Positions 31,820-41,431 of a stretch of 64,000 nt of DNA are shown here, in pieces. The stretch's first letter is position 1. Each line of letters begins with the position of its first letter. The stretch is from an uncultured Candidatus Rokubacteria bacterium (GTDB lineage Bacteria; Methylomirabilota; Methylomirabilia; Rokubacteriales; DASRDR01): positions 192,001-256,000 of the forward strand of contig CAVPSB010000016.1 in NCBI GenBank assembly GCA_963708025.1, written 5' to 3'. Made by a program: the position numbers and the translations under genes. A model generated the notes under the pieces. That model worked only from the letters and a program-made list of their open reading frames with translations. It did no database searches and had not been told where the DNA came from.

Positions 31820-32104
31820 GTGGGACCCCGTCGCGCCGGGCTCTTCTGCCTGCTGGTCGCTCTCCTGCTGGCCACCGGCTGGGTGCTCGCCCCCGACGAC
31901 AACAGCGTGACGCCCGGGCTCTACGACGGGACCGACGATCCGGCGGCGGGAGCGCCGCCGCTCGAGCCCGCCCTGCTGCCCGCGCCGGCCCGGCTCATCG
32001 CCGGCGCCGGCGACAGCGGCCGCGTCCCGGTCCCGACCCGGGCCGCCCGCCCGCGTCCCGCCCCGCTCTCGGGCCCCATCGCACGCGCGCCTCCGCCGGC
32101 CTGA
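31820..32104 (+). CDS. RAPP-motif uORF, candidate ribosome arrest peptide
   Basis: RR plus hydrophobic N-terminus; C-terminal IARAPPPA-stop; TATACT 6 nt before the GTG (leaderless); lies directly upstream of tatA. Confidence 0.65.
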   Translation: MGPRRAGLFCLLVALLLATGWVLAPDDNSVTPGLYDGTDDPAAGAPPLEPALLPAPARLIAGAGDSGRVPVPTRAARPRPAPLSGPIARAPPPA

Positions 32105-32175
32105 CGACCGCCGCGTCACCGGTGGCCACTCCGCGGTGGCTCGCAACGCACCCGTCCGGGAACAGGAGGCACGCC

Positions 32176-32355
32176 ATGTTCGGTCTCGGCACCCAGGAGC
32201 TCCTCGTCATCGCCCTGATCGCGATGATCTTCTTCGGCGGCAGCAAGCTGCCCGATCTGGCCCGGTCGCTCGGGCGCTCGATGAACGAGTTCAAGAAAGG
32301 GGTGAGCTCGGCGACGGAGGACGACAAGGCCTCGGACACGAAGAAGCCGGCCTGA
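32176..32355 (+). CDS. tatA: Twin-arginine translocase subunit TatA/E
   Basis: MFGLGTQELLVIALIAMIFFGGSKLPDLARSLGRSMNEFKKG; AGGAGG RBS. Confidence 0.93.
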   Translation: MFGLGTQELLVIALIAMIFFGGSKLPDLARSLGRSMNEFKKGVSSATEDDKASDTKKPA

Positions 32356-32379
32356 CGGCCGGGCTGCCGGGAGGGACAC

Positions 32380-33165
32380 ATGCCGCGGGCGCAGCCGGCC
32401 TCGGTGCCCTGTCAAATCTGCAAGCAGCTCAAGCGGCCGAACGACGTGATGCCGGCCGAGCTGGTCCGCAACTCGGTCGCCGAGACGATCCGGCGAGCGC
32501 ATCCCGACTTCGCGCCCCCGGGCTTCATCTGCCTGACCGACCTCAACCACTTCCGCACCGAGCACGTCCAGGACGTGCTGGAGACGGAGAAGGGCGAGCT
32601 GTCGAGCCTGGAGGAGGAGGTCGTCCGGAGCCTGAAGGAGCACGAGACGCTGTCGCGCAACGTCAACGTGGAGTTCGAGCGGGAGCTGACGCTCGGGGAG
32701 CGCCTGGCCGACCGGGTCGCCGAGTTCGGCGGGAGCTGGCGCTTTATCATCACCTTCGGCGTCATCCTCGCCGTCTGGATCGTCGTGAACTCGATCGCCC
32801 TCCTCCGGGAGCCCTTCGACCCGTACCCCTACATCCTCCTGAACCTCGTGCTCTCGTGCCTGGCCGCCCTCCAGGCCCCGGTGATCATGATGAGCCAGAA
32901 CCGCCAGGAGGCGAAGGACCGGCTCCGGGGCGAGCACGACTACCGGGTGAACCTCAAGGCCGAGCTGGAGGTCCGCCACCTGAACGCGAAGCTGGACCTC
33001 CTGCTCACCCACCAGTGGCAGCGGCTCCTGGAGATCCAGCAGATCCAGATGGAGATCATGGAGGAGTTCGTCCAGCGGGGCGGCCGCCGGCCCGCCCAAA
33101 AGTTGACACCGGGCGGGGCGGTTACGGAAGATAGCGCCAGTCAACCACCGGGAGGAGAGACGTGA
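32380..33165 (+). CDS. DUF1003 domain protein
   Basis: FGGSWRFI, FDPYPYILLNL, IMMSQNRQ. Confidence 0.9.
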   Translation: MPRAQPASVPCQICKQLKRPNDVMPAELVRNSVAETIRRAHPDFAPPGFICLTDLNHFRTEHVQDVLETEKGELSSLEEEVVRSLKEHETLSRNVNVEFERELTLGERLADRVAEFGGSWRFIITFGVILAVWIVVNSIALLREPFDPYPYILLNLVLSCLAALQAPVIMMSQNRQEAKDRLRGEHDYRVNLKAELEVRHLNAKLDLLLTHQWQRLLEIQQIQMEIMEEFVQRGGRRPAQKLTPGGAVTEDSASQPPGGET

Positions 33166-33554
33166 TGCGAGGCATCGGGCGGCGCGTCTGGTCACCCTGT
33201 CGCGAGGCGCGGGGGTTCAGCCTCGTGGAGATCGCCATCGTACTGGTCGTGCTGGCGATCGTGGGCTCGGTCCTCTACGCCTACCTGGGCTCGACCAGCA
33301 AGACGCTGGAGGTGATCCAGCAGGAGAAGCCCCTCTCCCAGGCCCGGCTCACCGCCGATCGCGCCACGATCATGTCGATCCGGACATCGCTCGGCGTCTA
33401 CCACGCGTCCAACGGCCAGTGGCCGGCGAGCAAGGAGGCCGTGGCCGCCCTCCTCAGCCCCCCGCCGAACTTCCAGTGCGAGGGCAACGACTACAACTAC
33501 GACCCGGCCACCGGGCAGGTCACCCTGCTGATCGACGACGCCGCCCGGTGCTGA
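33162..33554 (+). CDS. Prepilin-type N-terminal cleavage/methylation protein
   Basis: G|FSLVEIAIVLVVLAIV; C-terminal cysteine pair. Confidence 0.85.
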   Translation: MMRGIGRRVWSPCREARGFSLVEIAIVLVVLAIVGSVLYAYLGSTSKTLEVIQQEKPLSQARLTADRATIMSIRTSLGVYHASNGQWPASKEAVAALLSPPPNFQCEGNDYNYDPATGQVTLLIDDAARC

Positions 33555-33583
33555 GGAGCATCGGGTCCCTGACTCTCGAGAAC

Positions 33584-34051
33584 CTACTCGGTCTCGGGTG
33601 CGACGCCCATGAGACGTAACGTCCTGTCGTCACGCCGGCCCTGGAAGTACTTGTCGAGCAGACGATCGAATACGGAACCCGCAGGGGACACGCATGCGAA
33701 TAGTGTCGCGCACGACCTCAGCTTCATCTCGTCCGGAGAGCCGAATATCTCGAGCGCGGATCGCCCCTCGACGCCGAGAGCCGCCTCGCAGCACTCCAGC
33801 AGCCGCGGCCCGACGGTGGGATGCCTCAGGTACGCCTCGGCCTCTGCCGCGCTCTTGATCGAGTACCGCCTCGACGCCGAGCTGTACCCCAGACCGTCGA
33901 ACTGGGGAAAGACGTACCACATCCAGTGCGACCGCTTCCGGCCGCTCCTGATCTCGGCGAGTGCCTGCGCGTAGCAGTCCTCCTGCGCCTGCACGAAGCG
34001 GCCGAGGTCGTGCGGATCGTCGGCGCCGCTGGACAGGCTCTCACCAGCCAT
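33584..34051 (-). CDS. DUF1810 family protein (cassette gene)
   Basis: GRKRSHWMWYVFPQ, KLRSCATLF. Confidence 0.9.
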   Translation of the reverse strand: MAGESLSSGADDPHDLGRFVQAQEDCYAQALAEIRSGRKRSHWMWYVFPQFDGLGYSSASRRYSIKSAAEAEAYLRHPTVGPRLLECCEAALGVEGRSALEIFGSPDEMKLRSCATLFACVSPAGSVFDRLLDKYFQGRRDDRTLRLMGVAPETE

Positions 34052-34072
34052 AGCGCGGCCAACGCCTCCGCG

Positions 34073-34129
34073 GCCTAACGCTCGGCATCAGCGGCGGCGC
34101 GAAGCGCCGTCCGCTGCATGCCGTTGTCA
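34073..34129 (-). other. Integron attC site
   Basis: TGACAAC-GGCATGCAGCGGACGGCGCTTCGCGCCGCCGCTGATGCCGAGC-GTTAGGC; overlaps the upstream stop codon. Confidence 0.85.
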
Positions 34130-35194
34130 CGCCGCCCCTGACTCAAAAGATGACCCGTTGAGCACGAGCACGATCTTGCCTGTCACGCCTCCCTTGCCCA
34201 GCAACTCGTGCGCGTGTCTTGCCTCGGCGAGAGGAAATCGCTGCGCGATGAGCGGCTTGATCTCCTTGTGTTGAAGGAGGTCGAACAGGGCGATCAAGTC
34301 CTGTCGAAACAACTCCGGCTTCAGCCGTTTAAGCGTCTGGATGCTGTAGGCGACCACCCGCTTCCGGCCGGGGAGAAGCCAGGCGGCGGCGATATATAAC
34401 CCGAAGATGGCGGTTCCACGAAAGCGTTGACGACGACCCGGACGGCCTGAAGCCAATCCCTCCCCACGTAGCGAGGAACGAAGGCCATAGCCAACCACCC
34501 TCCCGCCAGGACGGAGAGCCTTGCGGGAGTGCCAGAGGTGGGCACCACCGAGGGGGTCAAAGACGACGTCCACACCGTCGCTCGTGAGGCGGTGAATTTC
34601 TTTCACGAAGTCCTGATGCTGGTAGTCAATTGGGATACCGCCCAGGTCGGAAACGGCCGGCGCACTTCGCGATGAACAGGTTCCGTACATCTCCAGCCCG
34701 GCGAGGCGCCCAAGCTGCAAGAGTGCCGTGCCGACCCCGCCTGCCGCGCCGTGAATCAACACACGCTGGCCTGATCTGGCCTTAGCGGAACGATGCAGCA
34801 TCTGGTACGCGGTGATGTAGTTCAGCACGAGACTAACAGCCTCGGCGGCGTCCAATCCGGATGGCACCGGAACCAGTTCACGTTGCGGCAGGCAGACGAA
34901 CTCCGCGTAAGCACCGTGGATCGGCAGCGCGGCAACTATCTGGCCTGGTTCGATTCCAGAGATATCATCGCCGAGCCGATCCACCACGCCAACCAGATCC
35001 CACCCCGGCGTGAAGGGTACCGGGGGCGTTTCGGGATGAACGCCCTCGCGCGCCATCACGTCGGGCAAGGAAACGCCTGCGGCCAGCACTCTCACCCGCA
35101 CTTCACCATTCCTCGGCTCGGGGCACTCTTCTTCTACCACCCGAAGTACATCGGGTCCGCCGTAGTGAGTGACGATGATGCGCGTGTGTCTCAC
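34127..35194 (-). CDS. MDR / quinone oxidoreductase-like protein (cassette gene)
   Basis: PFTPGWD, HGAAGGVG, GKIVL; lower GC than the backbone. Confidence 0.9.
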   Translation of the reverse strand: MRHTRIIVTHYGGPDVLRVVEEECPEPRNGEVRVRVLAAGVSLPDVMAREGVHPETPPVPFTPGWDLVGVVDRLGDDISGIEPGQIVAALPIHGAYAEFVCLPQRELVPVPSGLDAAEAVSLVLNYITAYQMLHRSAKARSGQRVLIHGAAGGVGTALLQLGRLAGLEMYGTCSSRSAPAVSDLGGIPIDYQHQDFVKEIHRLTSDGVDVVFDPLGGAHLWHSRKALRPGGRVVGYGLRSSLRGEGLASGRPGRRQRFRGTAIFGLYIAAAWLLPGRKRVVAYSIQTLKRLKPELFRQDLIALFDLLQHKEIKPLIAQRFPLAEARHAHELLGKGGVTGKIVLVLNGSSFESGAA

Positions 35195-35233
35195 GGACCT
35201 CTTCGTCCCTTGCCGGGCGCGCGAGCTTGTGCG

Positions 35234-35332
35234 GCGTAACGTCGTGCCGCTCAGCCGCGAGCGGCGACCCCCATGCTACCGCACTCGACTTTCGCGTGCC
35301 CGCCGCTCGTCGGCTGCAGCGGCCTGTTAGCC
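35234..35332 (-). other. Integron attC site
   Basis: GGCTAAC..GCCGCTGCAGCCGACGAGCGGCG...CGCCGCTCGCGGCTGAGCGGC..GTTACGC. Confidence 0.8.
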
Positions 35333-35342
35333 GGGGTCCGTG

Positions 35343-37395
35343 TCACACCACGTCCATCCACTCCCCGAAGTCGAGCTTGACGTTGGGGACCGGATCTTGT
35401 GCGGCGATAGCGGCGAAGTCAGCTGATCGACCCCACCAATCGTTGATCGGCAGCTTCTGGGTGCCGAACGTTAGGAAATAGGGCTCTCCACCAGAATCTG
35501 TACGGACCCGGCTGCTGGGGGGCGGGGGAAGTGAGAGGCGCGCATCGGTCCAGGAAGTGGTACGACCTCCTCACGTGACTGGCGTATCACGCAGAAGGAG
35601 GGAACCGATGCCCGAGGCGATGCGTCCTCGACGCATCCTGACGGCTGCCGTGGCAGTAATGGCGTCATGCCACCTCGGACGGCGGACGAGGCGCGCGAGC
35701 ATCGCTGACGCTGTGGGTGCTGGCAGACGGCCCGGACCCGCGTGACTAGCGCATGTGGGGGCTGCGGCCTCTCGGTCCGCGAGGTCGCACAGCTGGCGAC
35801 GAGCGGCGGCTCCGGGACCTCGCGGTGGCGGGACCTGGACGGTCTGGCTGGCGGTGGACGTCCACCGGGTGCGATGCCGCCGGCTGTGGGGTGCGCACCG
35901 AACGCCATGCCGTTTCTGGCGGGCAAAGCCCACTATACGAGCCCGGCTGGAGGCCGCGGTGGCCGAGGACTGGTGAGCAACGCCCCGGTGAGTCGGGTGG
36001 CCGCCAGCGTCGGGCGCTGCCCCCGGCGACCGTCTCGCCGCATGGACAAGCGGGTCTTGCGCCGGTGGGCGGCGGCCCGCCCGAAGACGCCGCGGCGCTA
36101 CCTGGGGGTGGACGAGATCTTCCTGGGGAAGATCAAGTTCCTCACCGTGGTCAGCGACCTCGAGACCCGCGAGCCCCTGTGGATGGGGCTGGAGCGCAAG
36201 CGGGAGACCCTGGATCGGTTACTTCGCTGAGGCGCTGCCGGCCCGCCGCCGGCGCGCCGTGCGGGCCAGTGTGCGTGGACATGTGGGAGCCGTTCGCGCA
36301 GAGCCTGCGGACGCACGTGCCCCGCTGCTCGGCTCGTCTACGGACAAGTTCCACGTCCTGCGCCACGCCAGCGAGGCCGTCGATGGCAGACCGCGGCGGC
36401 GCGGAGTTCTTCCGCCACGGCCGGGCCGCCCGCGACCGTGGTTCGGGGCAAGCGCTCGGCTGCTGCTGCGGAGCCTGGGCGCACCTCGACCGGACGGAGC
36501 GGCAGACCCTGCGGCACCTCTTCGCGCTCAACCGCCGCCTGGCCAAGGCCTATCTGCTCAAGGAGCAGCTCGCCCACCTGTGGACGTACACCTGCGAAGG
36601 CGCGGCGCGGCGGTTCCTCACCACCTGGCTCGGCAGCCCTGCGCTGGCAGCGGCTGCCGGCCTTCCAGAAGCTGGGGTCGGCTCCTCACTCGGCACCTCG
36701 ACGGCCTCCTGAACTACTGCCACGAGAAGGTCCCCCTCGGAACGGTCGAGGCCGTCGACGCCAACATCCGGGAAGCGCTTCGCCGGGGTCGGGCGCTGAC
36801 CGTGATCACGAGTACCTGCTGCTCAAGGTCCAACGCGCCACCGCCGACCCGTCACCGTCACGCCGCACTGCACACTGGGGTCCGTACAGATTCTGGTGGA
36901 GAGCCGGAAATAGGAACCGGGGACACGCTGGTCAAGATTGGCCGTGGAAAGAACGGCAACGCCAAGTAGTCCGAAGATTACGCGGTCGCTGAGTCGGATT
37001 CGGCCACGCTCAACAGACATGCGGGTGCTCCGTACCGGGCCTGCGGCGTCGGAGATGAGCTCGAAACCCGCGGGAAGTTCGTCGCCGTGTCCGTGGGCGC
37101 ACCGATGGATACCGTAAATAACATCCGCGAGGTCCGGCTTCCCGCCTGGGGCCCTAGAGCGTTTGACGTGAACAGGAAATCGGGTGTCCTCGAGATTGAT
37201 CCCCGGCGCACCCATCGGCCCGAGTATCGCGTAGTTGTCTCGCAAGAGACCCGTAAAGCGGGCGTTGCTCCCGAGCGAGGGGTGAAGCTTCTTCGCGGTA
37301 CCATCGATCGCGTTGCAGGCGTGGAGCATCGCGGCATCTAGATCACCCAGACCCCAGTCGTCAATGGCTTTTCTCACGGAGTTGCCGACGTTCAC
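35343..37395 (-). pseudogene. HEPN-like cassette gene (206 aa when repaired) interrupted by ISL3
   Basis: Removing the IS and one TSD copy joins ...VPGSYF to LTFGTQKLPINDWWGR...EWMDVV-stop in frame; RCAHGH is an Rx4H motif. Confidence 0.8.
35482..36905 (+). mobile_element. ISL3-family insertion sequence (transposase multiply frameshifted)
   Basis: Perfect 28-bp TIR GGCTCTCCACCAGAATCTGTACGGACCC; 8-bp TSD GGAAATAG at 35474-35481 and 36906-36913; LGVDE, VDMWEPF, DKFHV, KAYLLKE. Confidence 0.93.
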
Positions 37396-37848
37396 TGCAG
37401 ATCCGTCCTAACTTTCGAGAGTGGTCAAAGGAGTGAGTCCTACCTCCGGCTAACGTGAATTCGGCGGAACTGTCGAGCAACGGTGACGCAGCGCTCGCTG
37501 CAGCATAGTTGCCCCGCAGGGCTCCGCATCGACTGGAGGGGTCGGCGTGAGATTTTCAGAGCTTGGCTCACGCCATGGTGCTGAAGCCCGCCGTGCTCTG
37601 CGGAACCGTCGAGTCCGGTCAAACGATGCGCGGCGCCAGCCGGGAGTCATGGGATCATGCGTCGAAGATCGGGGCCGCCCGGCTCCAGACCGCACCCGGG
37701 CCCCGGTTCAGACTGAACGGTGACCATTGCCTGCGCTCCCCGCCGGCCGGCAATGACGATACCCCATCCGTCCAGGCTGGGCAATCCGGCAACTTTGCGC
37801 CTAACCGGCTCACCCGGCGCCCTCGCGGGCAGCAGTCTCGCCGAACCG

Positions 37849-39126
37849 TCAGAGGACGCTGCGCGGCTCCGCCACGGCTCCCTCGGCAAAGCGGGAGAAG
37901 CGGAACCCGTGGAGGTCGAGCGAGGCCTTGCCGTCCACGACCAGCTCGGCCACGAGGCGTCCCGCGATGGGCCCCATCGCGAAGCCGTGGCCGCTGAAGC
38001 CGGTCGCGACGACGAGGCCCCGGGGCGCGACCACCTCCCCCAGCACGGGGATCGCATCGGGCGTGGCGTCGATGTAGCCCGCCCAGCTCCGCTCGATGGC
38101 GAGCCCGGGCACGGCGGGGAAGAGGCGCCGGAACTCCTCGAGGCTCCGCCGGACCTTGTCGGGATTGGGCGCGGGATCGAGATGGGGATCGAGCGCGTCC
38201 CGCCCCGACCCCGGCCACCGGCGCCGGAGGTCGCGCCAGAGCGGCGCGCCCACGTGGAACCGGAACAGCTTCCGGTTCTTCCAGTAGTTCGGCAGGAACA
38301 GGCGGAGGTGGCGAAGGGAGTCGAGCGTGACGTCGTAGTCCGTCGCCCCGCCGGCGGCGAGGTTGAGCCGCCCGTCCGGCCGCTGCCGGAACGCCACCGC
38401 CGGGCCCCAGACGCCGGCCCGCGTGATCGGCGGCGCGGGCGTGGTCCGCGCGACGGTCGCCCGCACCAGCCGCTGGGGAAGGCTCAGCCCGGCCGCCCGG
38501 AGGAGCGTCGCCGACCAGGCCCCCGCCGCGCAGACGACCCGGCTCGTCCGAACCTCCTCCCGATCGGTGAGGACACCGCTGACCGCGCCGCCCGTGACGA
38601 GGATGCGGCGGGCGGCGCACCCGGTGCGGAGCTCGGCGCCGCGCGCCGCCGCCGCGTGCCCGAAGGCCTCGGTGGCCTTCGCCGGCTCGGCGTGCCCGTC
38701 GCTCGGCGTGAACAGGCCGCCGGCCCACGCGCCCTGGATGCCGGGCACGACCGACTCCAGGTCGCGGCCGCGGAGGAGCCGCGTGTCGAGCCCGCACTGC
38801 CGCGCGACGGGCAGCCACTGCTCGAACAGCCCCATCCGCGCCTCGGTGGCGGCGAGGGCCAGGTTGCCGCCCTGCACCCAGTCGACGGGGGTGCCGAGCT
38901 CCGCCTCGAGCCCGCGCCAGATCCGGTTCGCCTCGACCATGAGGGGCACCTCCAGCGGATCGCGGCCCTGCTGGCGCACGAAGCCCCAGTTCCGGCCCGA
39001 CTGCTGGCCCGCCACCTCGCCGCGCTCGAGGAGGAGCGCCCGGACCCCCCGCCGGGCCAGGTAGTAGGCGGCGGCGCAGCCGACGATGCCCCCGCCGATG
39101 ACGACGACGTCGGCCTCGCGCGTCAT
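37849..39126 (-). CDS. FAD-dependent amino acid oxidase/deaminase (DAO family)
   Basis: VIGGGIVG, QSGRNWG, TGFSGHGF. Confidence 0.9.
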   Translation of the reverse strand: MTREADVVVIGGGIVGCAAAYYLARRGVRALLLERGEVAGQQSGRNWGFVRQQGRDPLEVPLMVEANRIWRGLEAELGTPVDWVQGGNLALAATEARMGLFEQWLPVARQCGLDTRLLRGRDLESVVPGIQGAWAGGLFTPSDGHAEPAKATEAFGHAAAARGAELRTGCAARRILVTGGAVSGVLTDREEVRTSRVVCAAGAWSATLLRAAGLSLPQRLVRATVARTTPAPPITRAGVWGPAVAFRQRPDGRLNLAAGGATDYDVTLDSLRHLRLFLPNYWKNRKLFRFHVGAPLWRDLRRRWPGSGRDALDPHLDPAPNPDKVRRSLEEFRRLFPAVPGLAIERSWAGYIDATPDAIPVLGEVVAPRGLVVATGFSGHGFAMGPIAGRLVAELVVDGKASLDLHGFRFSRFAEGAVAEPRSVL

Positions 39127-39130
39127 GCCC

Positions 39131-40303
39131 CTACCCGACGTGCCCAACGTGGAGGTCCACGTCGCCCGCCCCGGCGAGCAGCTCGAGCCCGCCCGGTGTC
39201 AGGGCGTAGGTCCCGCCCTGGATCACCCCGAGCCCCTCGTCCACCAGCTCCACGCAGGCGTGGAGGACGAACACCATCCCCGGCTCGAGGCGCCGCTCGA
39301 TCCCCCGGCTGATCTGCAGGGTCTCGAGCCAGATCGGCGGGTACGCCACCCCGACGCCGTAGCCGAACCGCATCATCGCGGCGCCCTCGAGCCCCGCCTT
39401 CCGGAGCGGCTCCAGGGAGGCCGCCTCCACGTCCTCGGCCGGGACCCCGGGCCGGACCGCCCGCACGCCGGCCCGCAGCGACTCCCGCGTGAGCCGGTAG
39501 AGCTCCCGGGCGCGCGGCCCGGGCTCGCCGACGGCCATCGTCTGGATGGCGACCGCGTGGTAGCGGCGCGCCACCCCGGCGAACTCCACGTGGACGAGGT
39601 CGCCCGGCTCCAGGACGCGGTCGCGCGGCGTCGCGTGGCCGCCGGGCGTCCGCGGCCCGCTGGCCAGCTCCGTGGGAATGGCCCAGTAGTCGCCGCCGGC
39701 CGCTCGCATCGCGGCCTCCATCTCTCCGGCCAGCGCGACCTCGGTGATCCCGGGCCGGAGTCCCCGCCGGGCCGCCTGGAGCCCCGCTTCCGCGTGCCGG
39801 GCGGCGTCCCGGAGGTACGCCATCTCGGCGGCGGACTTGACGAGGCGGAGATCGCCGAGGAGCGCGGTCGCGTCCTCGACGCGCGCCGGGGCGAGCTTCT
39901 CCTCGAGCCGGAGCCCCAGCGCGTGGGGCAGCGCGTACGACTCGAGCTCCACGGCCAGCCGCCCCTCCCGGAGCCCATGCTCGCGCGCGACCTCGGCGAT
40001 CAGCGCGGCGGGGTCGTCGGCCAGGAGCCGGTAGATCCGGAGGTCCCGCACCCACGACGTCTCCAGCGCCAGCAGCCGGTCCACGTCGCGCAGGACGATC
40101 GTCGGCTCGCCGCCGTCGGTCCGGAACACGAGCGCCTGGGGGCTGTTGACGCTGACCCAGGCGTCGTAGCCGCCGAGGTAGTAGAGGTGCTCCGGCGCGA
40201 CGCTGATGCAGCCGTCCAGCCCGGCGTCCCGCAGGCTCCGCCGGGCCCGGGCGAACCGATCGCGGTGCTCCGCCTCGGCGAAGGCTGCGAACGCGGGCCT
40301 CAT
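39131..40303 (-). CDS. M24 Xaa-Pro peptidase/creatinase-like protein
   Basis: YLGGYD, LRLVKSAAE, LEPGMVF; metal ligands atypical. Confidence 0.8.
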   Translation of the reverse strand: MRPAFAAFAEAEHRDRFARARRSLRDAGLDGCISVAPEHLYYLGGYDAWVSVNSPQALVFRTDGGEPTIVLRDVDRLLALETSWVRDLRIYRLLADDPAALIAEVAREHGLREGRLAVELESYALPHALGLRLEEKLAPARVEDATALLGDLRLVKSAAEMAYLRDAARHAEAGLQAARRGLRPGITEVALAGEMEAAMRAAGGDYWAIPTELASGPRTPGGHATPRDRVLEPGDLVHVEFAGVARRYHAVAIQTMAVGEPGPRARELYRLTRESLRAGVRAVRPGVPAEDVEAASLEPLRKAGLEGAAMMRFGYGVGVAYPPIWLETLQISRGIERRLEPGMVFVLHACVELVDEGLGVIQGGTYALTPGGLELLAGAGDVDLHVGHVG

Positions 40304-40333
40304 GGACGTGCTGCCACGACGCGATGATATTCG

Positions 40334-40966
40334 TCAGGCCCAGGGAGGCGGCGCGCCCCACGCCTGGAAGTAGGTCGTCTCCGCCGTGGGCAGGCGGACG
40401 CTGCCCCCGAAGCGGCCCTCCGGGTAGCCGAGCGGGATGCAGAAGTGCAGGGTGGCGTCGGCCGGGATCCCGAAGAGCGCGCGGGCCCGCTCCATCACCT
40501 GGGGATGGAGCGTCGTCGGCACCGAGCCGATGCCGAGCGCCCGCGCCGCCAGCATCAGGTTCTGGGCCGCCGGGATGACCGAGTTCGCGGCCCCGGGCGG
40601 CACGGCCAAGGCGAGGACGACGCACGGCACGTCCACCATCCTCTCGGCCAGCCCCATGGCCGAGCGGTACGACCGGTCCTCCGGCGGGATGTCCTCCGGC
40701 CGGGTCCAGCCACGCTCCTCGCGGCGCTTCGCCCACCACGCCTCGTGGTAGAGGCGGCCGAACTCCCGGAGCCGCTCGCGGTCCGTGACGACCAGGAACC
40801 GGGCGATCTGACGGTTGGCGCCGTTCGGCGCCCGCACCGCCGCCTCCAGGATCAGCCGCAGGTCCTCGACCGGGATCGGGTCGGGCCGGAAGCGGCGGAT
40901 CGACCGCTGGGTGAACATCGCCTCGCCGATGGGCATCGAGAGTCGCGCGTGGTCCATGCCGGCCAT
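40334..40966 (-). CDS. Nitroreductase family protein
   Basis: QRSIRRF, APNGANRQ, QNLMLAARALGIG. Confidence 0.9.
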   Translation of the reverse strand: MAGMDHARLSMPIGEAMFTQRSIRRFRPDPIPVEDLRLILEAAVRAPNGANRQIARFLVVTDRERLREFGRLYHEAWWAKRREERGWTRPEDIPPEDRSYRSAMGLAERMVDVPCVVLALAVPPGAANSVIPAAQNLMLAARALGIGSVPTTLHPQVMERARALFGIPADATLHFCIPLGYPEGRFGGSVRLPTAETTYFQAWGAPPPWA

Positions 40967-41074
40967 CCTCCCAAGGTGGTGGTTCGGCCCGCATTGTAGT
41001 CCAGGCCCGCCCCTTCCGCAGCGACGGGCGGCCAGGCGCTCGGGAGGCCCGCCCCCCCCTTGTACGCTGTCACT

Positions 41075-41320
41075 TCACTCCACGGGTTTGCGGTACTCGA
41101 CCACGATGTCGCGATCGACGGTATAGCCGCTCTCGCGCAATCCAGCCTCGAAGGCCGCCTCTAGCTGGCGCTGGGCCTCCCGTGACGAGGTCTGGAGGTA
41201 GCCGACCCGATAGACCTTCCCCGTGGGCTGCGCGGAGGTCGGGTCAGGCGCGGAGAGGGTGCCAGGGGCAAGGGTTACGAGAAGGCATGGCGCGACCCTC
41301 CGATTGAGCCGTCCAATCAG
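41075..41320 (-). pseudogene. N-terminal fragment of an ABC substrate-binding protein
   Basis: AQPTGKVYRVGYL...GLRESGY..RDIVVEYR, then truncated. Confidence 0.65.
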
Positions 41321-41350
41321 GCTCACCGCGCGCGGTCTCTCTCTGAGACG

Positions 41351-41410
41351 ACCCAACGCCGGCGTTCAGCGGGGGCCGGCGCAGCCGGTCCGCTGTATCG
41401 CCCTGTCACA
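41351..41410 (-). other. Isolated degenerate attC-like site
   Basis: GGCGATACAGCGGACCGGC-TGC-GCCGGCCCCCGCTGAACGCC..GTTGGGT, just after the methyltransferase stop. Confidence 0.55.
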
Positions 41411-41431
41411 CGGACCAGCGCGGCATTCACC

